Part shown: positions 9,794-18,105 of the stretch, one piece after another
Layout: each line of letters starts with the position of its first letter
How positions within the stretch are numbered: position 1 is the stretch's first letter
Origin: Akkermansiaceae bacterium
Lineage (GTDB): Bacteria; Verrucomicrobiota; Verrucomicrobiia; Verrucomicrobiales; Akkermansiaceae
Direction of reading: 5' to 3'
Length of the DNA: 64,000 nt
NCBI GenBank assembly: GCA_051251915.1
Contig: JBPOGF010000004.1
Location: 128,001 to 192,000, forward strand
Position numbers and translations under genes: made by a program
Notes under the pieces: model-generated
Told to the model about the DNA's origin: nothing
What the model saw: only the letters and a program-made list of their open reading frames with translations
Databases searched by the model: none

Positions 9794-10723
9794 TTGATAT
9801 TAGTGAAGGTTATCATACAACTGGCAATGGTTCTCGCTGTTTTTCTTCAAATAGCGATAGGGAAAGAGCCTGCCAAAATACCGGCTTTTGTAGGGGCGTT
9901 AGCACCTAGGGCTCCATGGGCGGATGGTGATTCTTTTCCGGTGCATATTACGGTTGATGGCAAGGTGGAGGAAATTTCTGCAAGGTTGTATTTTGTGGAC
10001 TGTCCGGAGACGACTTCGCAAAATGACAATGATGCCACGCGTTTGAGGTCACAGGCGAGGTATTTTGGTGTGGAGGAGGCGGTTGATGTTTTGGCGATAG
10101 GGAGGGCGGCTACTGAGCGGACTCGTGAATTGCTGGCTGAGCCATTTACGGTTCATACGAAATTTTCTAATGCGATGGGCAGGTCACGGAAGAAGAGAGT
10201 TTATGTGATGATTACTTTACATGATGATAGAGATTTAGCTGCGGTTTTGGTGCAGGAGGGCTTGGCTAGGGCGTTTGGGACTACGCATTATCGTCCGGAT
10301 GGGATGGAGGGGCATGAGTATAAGAGTCTGCTGGAAGATATGGAGCTGGGTGCGGCGATCAAGAAACAGGGGATCTGGGCGAAGAGCGATGTGGATAAGC
10401 TGGTGAAGATGCGTGCTGAGGTGAGGCGGGAGAAGCGTGAGTTGTCGCAATTTGTTAGAGGTGGTGTTTTCAGTGCGGTGACGAAAGAGAATCCTGTGGA
10501 TATTAATAATGCTAGTCGTGAGGAGTTGATGCTTCTGCATGGGATAGGTGATGGGCTTAGTCATCAGATTATTTTAAATAGACCATATAAAGAGATCGAT
10601 GATTTGCTTAAAGTGAAGGGTTTGGGTGCTACGACGGTAGCGAGGCTTCGACCTTATCTTATTGTCAAAACTACAATTACATTACCTGAGACAACTGATG
10701 AAGTTATACAGCATAGCAACTAG
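9794..10723 (+). CDS. Exported thermonuclease (SNase)-like protein with C-terminal ComEA-type HhH domain
   Basis: DGDSF..RLYFVDCPE..LVQEGLA..GIW (SNase); VDINNASREEL..LHGIG..LLKVKGLG (HhH). Confidence 0.8.
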   Translation: MILVKVIIQLAMVLAVFLQIAIGKEPAKIPAFVGALAPRAPWADGDSFPVHITVDGKVEEISARLYFVDCPETTSQNDNDATRLRSQARYFGVEEAVDVLAIGRAATERTRELLAEPFTVHTKFSNAMGRSRKKRVYVMITLHDDRDLAAVLVQEGLARAFGTTHYRPDGMEGHEYKSLLEDMELGAAIKKQGIWAKSDVDKLVKMRAEVRREKRELSQFVRGGVFSAVTKENPVDINNASREELMLLHGIGDGLSHQIILNRPYKEIDDLLKVKGLGATTVARLRPYLIVKTTITLPETTDEVIQHSN

Positions 10724-11057
10724 CCTATTACTCAGCATATCTGCTGTGATCGCGGATGATAAAGCCACGCCTATTTTTAATGGCAAGGATCTGGCTGGGT
10801 GGTCAGTGAAGAGTAAAGAGGCAGAAAAAGCGAAGGCTGAGGGCTATTGGTCGGTGGTGGATGGGGCGATTCAGGTGGAGACGAAGGGTGATACTGATCA
10901 TGATTATGTGTGGTTGAGTTATGATCAGGAGTTGGGGGATTTTGAGCTAACGTTGAAGACTCGGACTATTCGTTTTACGAAGGGGAATTCAGGGATTCAG
11001 GTTCGCTCACGTTACCATGCTAAAAGGGGGGGGGTAAGAAAGCTAAGTAGGGTGTAG
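10698..11057 (+). pseudogene. Truncated DUF1080 (3-keto-disaccharide hydrolase-like) exported protein
   Basis: Signal peptide, IFNGKDLAGW, WSVVDGAI, GDFELTL, NSGIQVRS; ends shortly after a G9 run and lacks the C-terminal half. Confidence 0.6.
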
Positions 11058-11138
11058 GATGGCGGAAATGGGAATCATTTTTATGTTTTAAATAAATCGA
11101 TGTAGGTGCTACGCTATTATATTAAGAAACACGAGATT

Positions 11139-12029
11139 ATGAAATTTACCCAACATTCTAAGATGCTAGCGGTGCTGTCAGTAGGCGTAGGGCTGGTAGG
11201 GCTCACGGGAGTGGTATATGCTGTGCCGCAGGAACTGGTCGATGGGCTGGGAGATGAGAGTTATCAGCTCCGAGAGAAGTCTGAGAAAGATCTGACGTTG
11301 TGGGCGAGGGAGAAAGGTGAGAAGGGGCTGACTGAGTTAGATAAGATGAAGGAGAAGGTTACTTCTCCAGAGGTAAGGTCTAGGTTGGAGAATGTGATGT
11401 CTGGGGTGACTGTTTACAAGGCGGTGCCTGGAACGCGTGGTTTTATGGGGATTTCTATGCAGGCTGTGATGGGTGCATCTGTAATCAATGCGGTGACTGC
11501 AAATACGCCGGCAGAAAAGGCGGGTCTTCAGCCGAATGATAAAATTATAGAGCTTGATGGGGTAGATCTCACGAAGAAGAATAGGCATGTAGATGAGGCT
11601 ACTGATTTCCTCCGGACTTATGTGAAAAGTAAAAAAGCGGGAGAGAAACTCACTGTCAAGATTGAGCGTGGAGGTAAGAAGCTAACCAAAGAACTAAAGC
11701 TTGCAGATTACGATACTCAGATGGGGTTATTAGATCCTTTTGGGAATGGGATGAATGGTGGTATTGAGATTTTACCAATGCAGGGTGGGTTACAGGGAAG
11801 GATTCAGATCGCTCCGCGTCCTAAAAATCTTAACCAAAATGAGCTGAAGGAGGAGGAGATTTTGCGATTGGAGATGAATATGAAGCGCCAAGCTCAGATG
11901 CTTAATGGAGCTGAACTGCCTGAAGAGTTCAAGAAGTTACTGGAGCGACAAAACGAGCTTAACAAGGCGCGGATCGAGTTGCTCAAAAAGGAGAGAGAAG
12001 AAGGTAAGAAAAAGTTCCTTAAGAAGTAG
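11139..12029 (+). CDS. Exported PDZ-domain protein
   Basis: Signal-like N-terminus; GFMGI...NTPAEKAGLQPNDKIIELDG. ORF track start is 11106; the ATG at 11139 is preferred. Confidence 0.8.
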   Translation: MKFTQHSKMLAVLSVGVGLVGLTGVVYAVPQELVDGLGDESYQLREKSEKDLTLWAREKGEKGLTELDKMKEKVTSPEVRSRLENVMSGVTVYKAVPGTRGFMGISMQAVMGASVINAVTANTPAEKAGLQPNDKIIELDGVDLTKKNRHVDEATDFLRTYVKSKKAGEKLTVKIERGGKKLTKELKLADYDTQMGLLDPFGNGMNGGIEILPMQGGLQGRIQIAPRPKNLNQNELKEEEILRLEMNMKRQAQMLNGAELPEEFKKLLERQNELNKARIELLKKEREEGKKKFLKK

Positions 12030-12183
12030 GACTGAGTGGCACTGACTTAAGGAGGTGTTGCGTGATAGGTCACTTAGAATTTTGACCGCAACTGGGCAGT
12101 AGCAAGAAGCGGGAAGCGAGGAGCCGCAAGCGGATTTCTGGAAGTGTCAGGACATAGGTAACGCTTTTGGTTTTGATGACTTT

Positions 12184-12978
12184 CTAGAGCATGTCTGGTG
12201 TTACTAGGTGCTTGGCGCCGCAGCGTGGGCAGCTGGCTTCGATGGCGGGGTCACCTTGGAAGAGTTCGTCTTTACGGTCTTTCCATGCTTTGAGGGCGGG
12301 GAGGATTTTCTCTACGCTGCAGCCACAGTGGAAACGGAATTTGCGTGTTTCCATTGCTTTGGTTTCCTCGGTTTCGGTGATTTTTTCTACGTCCTCTTTG
12401 GTTAGGCTGTTGAGCCATTCGAGGTCGGCGTCTGGTTGGGCGGCGAGGAGGACGAAGTTTTCGTCATCGAGTCTGAAGGCTCTTGCTGGGCGTTGCTCGC
12501 TCTGCATGTAGTAGGTTTCGATCCATTTGAGGGGATCTTCTGTGTCTAGCTCGACGTGTGATTTTCTGCCTTCGGTGTTTTTAACGAGGGTTTGAGAGTA
12601 GAGGTTATTGCGATCTGGCTCTTTGACATTTTCAGTGAAAAGGTGACCGGTGATGTTCTCAAAAAGTGAGCTTCCTGTGACGAAGAGGTTTACTCTTGGT
12701 GCACGTAGATTGATGGTCCAGGCGATGGTTTCGGCCCATGGTCTGGCTACGAGGTGTAGGGTGAGGACGGCCATGAGGTCTTTGAGCTTTTGGTCTAGAT
12801 CTTCCTTGTGGCGGAGTTTCTGTTCCATGAGGTGGAGGTAGTAGTCGGTGTAGATGGGGGTGAACTGGGCACGGACCATTAGGATGTTTCTGTGACGTAT
12901 GAAGGTGGAAGTTACCTTGGTGAATTCATCTACGGAGAAATCTTCTGGTTGGTCGGGTGATGGTGTGGTGTCGCTCAT
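12184..12978 (-). CDS. hslO: Hsp33-family redox-regulated chaperone
   Basis: YYMQSEQ and C-terminal Zn motif FHCGCS...CPRCG. Confidence 0.8.
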   Translation of the reverse strand: MSDTTPSPDQPEDFSVDEFTKVTSTFIRHRNILMVRAQFTPIYTDYYLHLMEQKLRHKEDLDQKLKDLMAVLTLHLVARPWAETIAWTINLRAPRVNLFVTGSSLFENITGHLFTENVKEPDRNNLYSQTLVKNTEGRKSHVELDTEDPLKWIETYYMQSEQRPARAFRLDDENFVLLAAQPDADLEWLNSLTKEDVEKITETEETKAMETRKFRFHCGCSVEKILPALKAWKDRKDELFQGDPAIEASCPRCGAKHLVTPDML

Positions 12979-13072
12979 GATATTACTGCTTCTCTATAAG
13001 GGTAGGATTGAAATTTGTGAAGTTTTTTAAATTACTTCAATTTTAGCATTCTAGTGGGGCTTCGTTAGAGAG

Positions 13073-13107
13073 AAAAACCCAGAACCTCTCGGAAGAGATG
13101 CTGGGTT
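13073..13107 (-). terminator. Intrinsic terminator after the Hsp20 pair
   Basis: aacccag-aacctct-cgga-agagatg-ctgggtt imperfect stem with a U-run on the minus strand. Confidence 0.65.
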
Positions 13108-13156
13108 ACACTAATTACACCTACTATGAAAAAACTGTGATGATTAAATTTTGTGG

Positions 13157-13483
13157 TTAATTGAGGATCGCGATTTCTCTCGGTAATGAGGACTCGTGCT
13201 TGCTGATGCTGAGGGTGAGAACGGCGTTCTCGAACTTGGCTTCGGCGGCGGAGACGTTGAGGTCTGGGTTTAGTTCTAGTTCCAGTTCGTATCCTTCTGG
13301 TTTGGCTGCTTGGTTGATGAGTTGCCAGCCTTCTGGGGTGGACTGAGTTCTGGGGGCGGTGACTTTGAGGGTCTCGCGCTCAGAGGTAAGTTTTACGTCC
13401 TCTTTTTTGACGCCTGGGAGATCGATGGAGATGGATGCTCCGGTTTCGGTGTTGGTTACTTTGTAGTTTGGTTTGATTGTCAT
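13157..13483 (-). CDS. Small heat-shock protein (Hsp20/alpha-crystallin)
   Basis: IDLPGVKKEDV...AKFENAVLTLSI. Confidence 0.88.
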   Translation of the reverse strand: MTIKPNYKVTNTETGASISIDLPGVKKEDVKLTSERETLKVTAPRTQSTPEGWQLINQAAKPEGYELELELNPDLNVSAAEAKFENAVLTLSISKHESSLPREIAILN

Positions 13484-13678
13484 TTTTTTGAATAGTTTGT
13501 GGTTATTAGGATGCTAGTTACTTAAGGATGTTTACTGTTGATTCTTTGGAAGCGGGGCTTTGCCCTTGGGAGCGTGAAGCGGGGAGCCGCCAAGCGTTGT
13601 TCTGCCTTAAACGGTGTGATCCCTTGCTTCCGTGGGGATCACAATGCTTCCGAAGTTAGTGCTTAGCTAGTTCATTGA

Positions 13679-14071
13679 TTATTGGATTTCGATGTTTTGG
13701 CTTTCGGTTGATGGGGTCTCTTTTTTAGGGAGGGTTATTTCTAGGATGCCGTTTTCGAGTTTGGCGGTGATTCCGCTGGTTTCTACTTCATCGCCGAGTG
13801 CGAGTCTGAGGTTTCTTTCTCCTCTGGTTTCGTTGTTCGCCTTTAGCGTGAGGGTATGTTCTTCAAAGTTGAGACTGAGTTCCTCTTTGGTGTAGCCTGG
13901 GAGGTCTACTCTTGCTGCCCAGCCCGTATCGGTGGAGAAGAGTTGGTGCTTCGAGTTAGGGTATCCGGCGCAACGTTGTTCTGCTTCAGAACCTATTGCT
14001 TGGAGGTTTTGGCTGATGAGGTTGTTTAGTTCTGCGAAAATTCCGCTGTTCCATGGTAGTATATGTTTCAT
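13679..14071 (-). CDS. Small heat-shock protein (Hsp20/alpha-crystallin)
   Basis: VDLPGYTKEEL...AKLENGILEITLPK. Confidence 0.9.
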   Translation of the reverse strand: MKHILPWNSGIFAELNNLISQNLQAIGSEAEQRCAGYPNSKHQLFSTDTGWAARVDLPGYTKEELSLNFEEHTLTLKANNETRGERNLRLALGDEVETSGITAKLENGILEITLPKKETPSTESQNIEIQ

Positions 14072-14117
14072 ATTGTATCTGATTGGTTAATTGGTTTGTT
14101 ACTTGTGGTTTCATAGT

Positions 14118-14134
14118 TGCAACTTGTGTGCCAA
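14118..14134 (-). promoter_or_regulatory. Sigma54 (-24/-12) promoter of the Hsp20 pair
   Basis: Minus strand TTGGCACACAAGTTGCA (GG-N10-GC), about 47 nt upstream of the ATG. Confidence 0.8.
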
Positions 14135-14279
14135 TTCGTGTTAATGTGTTTAATGAGCTTACTGTTAGTTAGTTTGGTGTTTTTATGGTGTTCGTTACAT
14201 AGTAACTAAGTGTGACAAAATGAGTGTGGTGAGACAAAAAATGGGGACATTTTGACACATTTTCTTTGAATGGAGTTAC

Positions 14280-15854
14280 TTAGTTATCGTCGTCCGCGCT
14301 GAGCCAGTCCTTGTTGTTTATTTTTCGGCGTTCTTTGCGGTGTTGCATTTGGCGGAGTTGTTTTGGGGTGAGGGGTTTTTCGTAGGTTTCTGGTCTGCCG
14401 CTCATGATGCTGGCGAGTGGGGTGATTTCTGCGATGATGTTGGCTAGTTTGTATTGTTTGATTTGTTCTCTTACGGTGGCTGCGGGTTTGTAGCCGATGG
14501 GGGTTTCTGTGACATCGGGACGGCCTTGATACCAGCGGACTTGGATTCCTTGGGTGCCGTTTTCGATGTCTTGTTGTAGGAGTTTTTTGTCGAATCCTGT
14601 TTTTTTGGATTTGGTGTAGCGGCGGAGCATGGCTCGGCGGGACATGTTTCTGCCGGCTCCGTGGGGTGAGAAGCTGAGGTGGTTGGTGTTGTTGGAGCCT
14701 AGTGTGAGGAGGATGGGTTCTGCCATGTTGAGTGGGATGAGGCCGAGTAGTGGGTGTCCGGATTCATTTAGCCATGCGGGTGTGGCGCCTTTGCCGTGGA
14801 GGTAAGTTTTCGTGTTGGGTTTTTGCCAGACGAAGTTGTGTTCATTTCCTATCTGGGCGATGGGTTGTGAGTTGATGGCTTGGATGAATTTTTGGTGGAT
14901 GGTTTGGTGGTTGGCTTTGGTCCAGCGGCTGATGTATTGGAGGGCGTTCCAGTAGTGTTGTCCTTCTTTGGTGTCCATGCTTAGCCAGGCGGCTTCGTCT
15001 GGGATGTCTGTGGCATGGGTTCGGGTGTATTTGATGGCGGCGTCTAGTCCGCGGGTGTAGAGGGTGGCGCCGATGCTGCGTGAGCCGTGGTGGGTGACGA
15101 TGACGTTCCAGTGATCTCTTTGTTGGAGTTGGGTAGCTAGTTCTGTGTGGTTGTTTTCTTGGAGTGTGGTGATGAGTTTTGGGGTGATGGAGATTTCTCC
15201 GAGGTAGGCGAAGTGGTTTCCGTCGCCTTGGTCTGCGATGTGGCTTTGTGCTTTTGGTTGGAGGCCTTTGAGGAAGGGGTTGGTCCAGACTTGTTCGTTG
15301 AGGACGGGGTGGTGGATTTGGTCTTTTTTGTCTCTACCTCCTGGGCCGAAGCGGGTGTGCTGCATGAGGGTGTCTACTTGCTCGTCTGCTGGGATGTCGG
15401 TGTGGTAGAAGGTGGCTAGGAGTGAGCAGCAGATGTCTGCGCTGTGGGCGGCGGGGATGATGGCATTTTCTACTGCGATGGCTCCGCCGACTGGCATGGA
15501 TGCTGGTGCATTGCCGGCGGGGCAGGCGTCTGGCATGAGGGTGCCGGAGCTGACTACGGGACAGCGTAGTAGCTCGGTGATTTGTTTTGTGGCAAGGGTT
15601 AGGTTTTTGATGGCCTCTTTGCTGTCAGCTTCTATGGCTAGGCTGAGTGGGGCGGGGTGCTCCCTCATGGTGAGGGAGGCGTGGGAGTTGGGGAAATCTC
15701 GTTTGAGAGATTTTATTAGGTATTTTTGTGTGGTGACGCCTTTGTCTGTAATGAGGTGTTTGGCGTGTTGTAGGATTTCATCGAGTGCTGGGGTGTCTGC
15801 CCAGCCTAGGTTGATGAGGAATTGTCTTGTTACTGAGTGTTCTGTAATTTTCAA
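14280..15854 (-). CDS. rtcB: RtcB-family RNA ligase
   Basis: PDACPAG, PVGG, ADICCS, GDGNHF, HHGSR, HNFVW, HGKGATP and PHGAGR motifs. Confidence 0.9.
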   Translation of the reverse strand: MKITEHSVTRQFLINLGWADTPALDEILQHAKHLITDKGVTTQKYLIKSLKRDFPNSHASLTMREHPAPLSLAIEADSKEAIKNLTLATKQITELLRCPVVSSGTLMPDACPAGNAPASMPVGGAIAVENAIIPAAHSADICCSLLATFYHTDIPADEQVDTLMQHTRFGPGGRDKKDQIHHPVLNEQVWTNPFLKGLQPKAQSHIADQGDGNHFAYLGEISITPKLITTLQENNHTELATQLQQRDHWNVIVTHHGSRSIGATLYTRGLDAAIKYTRTHATDIPDEAAWLSMDTKEGQHYWNALQYISRWTKANHQTIHQKFIQAINSQPIAQIGNEHNFVWQKPNTKTYLHGKGATPAWLNESGHPLLGLIPLNMAEPILLTLGSNNTNHLSFSPHGAGRNMSRRAMLRRYTKSKKTGFDKKLLQQDIENGTQGIQVRWYQGRPDVTETPIGYKPAATVREQIKQYKLANIIAEITPLASIMSGRPETYEKPLTPKQLRQMQHRKERRKINNKDWLSADDDN

Positions 15855-15909
15855 AATAGAATATGATGTTGTTTAAATCTGGATATTTTTAGGCATAAAG
15901 AGCCTGAGA

Positions 15910-16020
15910 TTCAGCCATCAAGTAGATGAGAAACTGTTAGCAAGGTAACGAGTTGTGTTGATCGACAAGGATCAGAGAACTATGAGTTCACAAAAACTTA
16001 CCTCTAACAGCTAGGCTGAA
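15910..16020 (-). ncRNA. Candidate structured RNA (long stalk with multibranch head) upstream of rtcB
   Basis: Nested complementary arms: ttcagcc/ggctgaa, ctgttag/ctaacag, aggtaa/ttacct, ttgt/acaa, plus inner hairpins tgatc/gatca and gaact/agttc. Confidence 0.55.
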
Positions 16021-16050
16021 AGGTGGGTGTAATAAGTTGATGTTTTGTGA

Positions 16051-16092
16051 AGCGCATGGGAGATGTTTAGCAGAGATTTGATGCGCTGTCAA
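16051..16092 (-). promoter_or_regulatory. Putative sigma70 promoter overlapped by the inverted repeat AGCGCAT-N23-ATGCGCT
   Basis: Minus strand TTGACA-N17-TAAACA; repeat arms at 16051-16057 and 16081-16087. Confidence 0.45.
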
Positions 16093-16149
16093 ATATTTGA
16101 GGAATAAGGAGGGTGGGCTGTTCCAGCTAGGGAGCAACTGTTAAGGCTG

Positions 16150-18105
16150 TTACTTGGTGCCAGTTTTTTCATAGTATGGCTTTCCTTGCTGATAAAGGAG
16201 GAGGCGAGAATTGATTCCTCTCTTATAGGGTGAATCTTCTTGAAGGAGCTTAAGAGCTGAATTTGCGTTCTCAATAGCTGCAGGGTAGTCACCGTTTGCG
16301 GCAAGGGCGATTGCTTTAAGATCAAAGTAGTTAGGATCTTTACCATTGCTCATTGACATGAGTTTGTTAGCTATGCCGAGAGCCATTTTAGGATGTCTTA
16401 CTTGAGGGTCAGGGTGAGTTGCTAACAGCCATGCTAGTTTCCCAGCGGCAACAAATATATCAGGATCCGTGCGAAGTGCATTTTTGTAGCTTTCAACTGC
16501 TTTTACAGGCTCTCCACTATTACGATAGGCATCGGCAAGAGCAAGGTGAGCTTTACCGTTTTTAGGATCTGCTGTCACCTTTGCGAGAAGGCCTTCCACA
16601 GACTGGCCTAGTGCCTTTTCAGCTTTATCCTGCTCTTGTTTCAGAAGGGCTCTGAGGTCAGGAGCTTGGGGAACGAGTGCGACAGATTCTTTAAGATAAG
16701 CCACAGAGTTGTTGAAGTCTTTGCGCTGTGAGGCTATTGTTGAGAGCACTTTTAAAGCCTCGACCATAGGTGCAGTTGGAGGATTAGGATTAGTGCGTTC
16801 TAATGTTAGGTAGCGTTGGTAGTAGCGTTCGACATCGTCGATTTTCTTATGATCGAGGAGTTGTGTAATGTAGGACTTGGGCCCTACGAAAGGACTGGAG
16901 CTTGCCCATAATCCTGAGAAAGGAGTGGCAGCATTTCTTAAGATTTCAGGTTGTGCTCCTAATAGGGCTATATCTGCTAAAATTGTTTCAGAGGAAACTG
17001 TACCTTTATAGATCACAGCTACTCTGCCTTTTTTATCTAACAGAAAGCTGCAAGGGACTGGTATAGGGATCCAGCGATCTAGAAAACTACGTTGAAAAAG
17101 ATCTAAACGTTGGAGAGTGTCCTCATTAGTGCTGTGGGACACGTAGGGAAACTTGATGTTTTTTAGGAACTTCTCGGCGTCAATGCTATCTGGGTCAGTA
17201 ATACTATCTACATTGAGAGCCACTACACTAAGCTCAGCTTTCTGAAATTCAGAAGCGTGACTAGTCCATTCTTTGAGTTCAGCGAGGCAAGGAAGGCATG
17301 TTTTCGACCATAGATTCACTAGAACAGGTCCCTTAAGATCTGAGCCTTCGATAGCTTTCCCATCTTTGGTCTGGAGGAGGGGAAGTAGTTTAGGAGTGAG
17401 GGGGACAATCCGGGCTTGAGCTGATTCATCTGGCAAAACTAGAGTAGGAGCTTGAGTCTCCGCCATCGTAACATGAGGTTTCCATGGCTTGGCTAGTGGT
17501 TCACCTTGATGAATGAGGTAGCGCACACCGCTTTTAAGACCGCTGAATTTTTCTTTCTTTCCAGCAGGCCAATGAACGATCACTTGTGAGATTTCAGCCT
17601 TATTACCAAGGCCAAAGTGAAGCCATGAGCCAGACTGAGTTAGGAAGGAGTCTCCTGCTTTTAGAGAGCGTGTGATTGGTTTATCATTATTTTTAAGCCA
17701 AACTTCACAGCGTGCTCCAATGGCATCAGTATTTGTGTTTTTACCGTTTCCGTGTAAGCGAATGAATAGAGATTCTCCTGCGTTGTTAGAGTCATTTTGG
17801 AGTAGGCGTACACGCGGAGCGGTGCGGGCGGTGACCCAGATATCTAGGTCACCATCAAAATCCCAGTCTTGGGCGATTAATGCACGTCCATCTTCTGCGA
17901 AGTCAAAGCCGGTGACTGCTGAAATATCTACAAAGCGTTCGCCTCCTAAATTAAGGAATGCGGTATGTTTTTCACGACCACTGAATGAGCGATCACTGTT
18001 GAGCAGGCGAGCTAAAGCACCCCAGCGGTGTTTGTATTTATCTACAACGGGCTTACTGAAATCATTAATGGGTGATTGCGACACGACCTGTCGCCAATAG
18101 ACACT
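16150..18105 (-). CDS. ASPIC/UnbV + thioredoxin-like (CxxC) + TPR segment; probably the C-terminal part of a TGA-readthrough protein starting at 19938
   Basis: DWDFDGDLD FG-GAP repeat, NTDAIGARC..LHFGLG..VHWPAG (UnbV), WSKTCLPC, TPR-like helices; in frame with the upstream ORF. Confidence 0.8.
   Translation of the reverse strand, partial: SVYWRQVVSQSPINDFSKPVVDKYKHRWGALARLLNSDRSFSGREKHTAFLNLGGERFVDISAVTGFDFAEDGRALIAQDWDFDGDLDIWVTARTAPRVRLLQNDSNNAGESLFIRLHGNGKNTNTDAIGARCEVWLKNNDKPITRSLKAGDSFLTQSGSWLHFGLGNKAEISQVIVHWPAGKKEKFSGLKSGVRYLIHQGEPLAKPWKPHVTMAETQAPTLVLPDESAQARIVPLTPKLLPLLQTKDGKAIEGSDLKGPVLVNLWSKTCLPCLAELKEWTSHASEFQKAELSVVALNVDSITDPDSIDAEKFLKNIKFPYVSHSTNEDTLQRLDLFQRSFLDRWIPIPVPCSFLLDKKGRVAVIYKGTVSSETILADIALLGAQPEILRNAATPFSGLWASSSPFVGPKSYITQLLDHKKIDDVERYYQRYLTLERTNPNPPTAPMVEALKVLSTIASQRKDFNNSVAYLKESVALVPQAPDLRALLKQEQDKAEKALGQSVEGLLAKVTADPKNGKAHLALADAYRNSGEPVKAVESYKNALRTDPDIFVAAGKLAWLLATHPDPQVRHPKMALGIANKLMSMSNGKDPNYFDLKAIALAANGDYPAAIENANSALKLLQEDSPYKRGINSRLLLYQQGKPYYEKTGTK
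18072..18105 (-). promoter_or_regulatory. Putative bacterial SECIS element
   Basis: UGA-AGUGUCUAUUG-GCGACA-GGUCG-UGUCGC-AAUCAC: upper stem starts after an 11-nt spacer and has an AGGUC-containing apex. Confidence 0.65.

Noticed and set aside
12144..12167. Possible IS end (tgtcaggacataggtaac)
   Set aside because: No transposase, partner inverted repeat or target duplication in the window.
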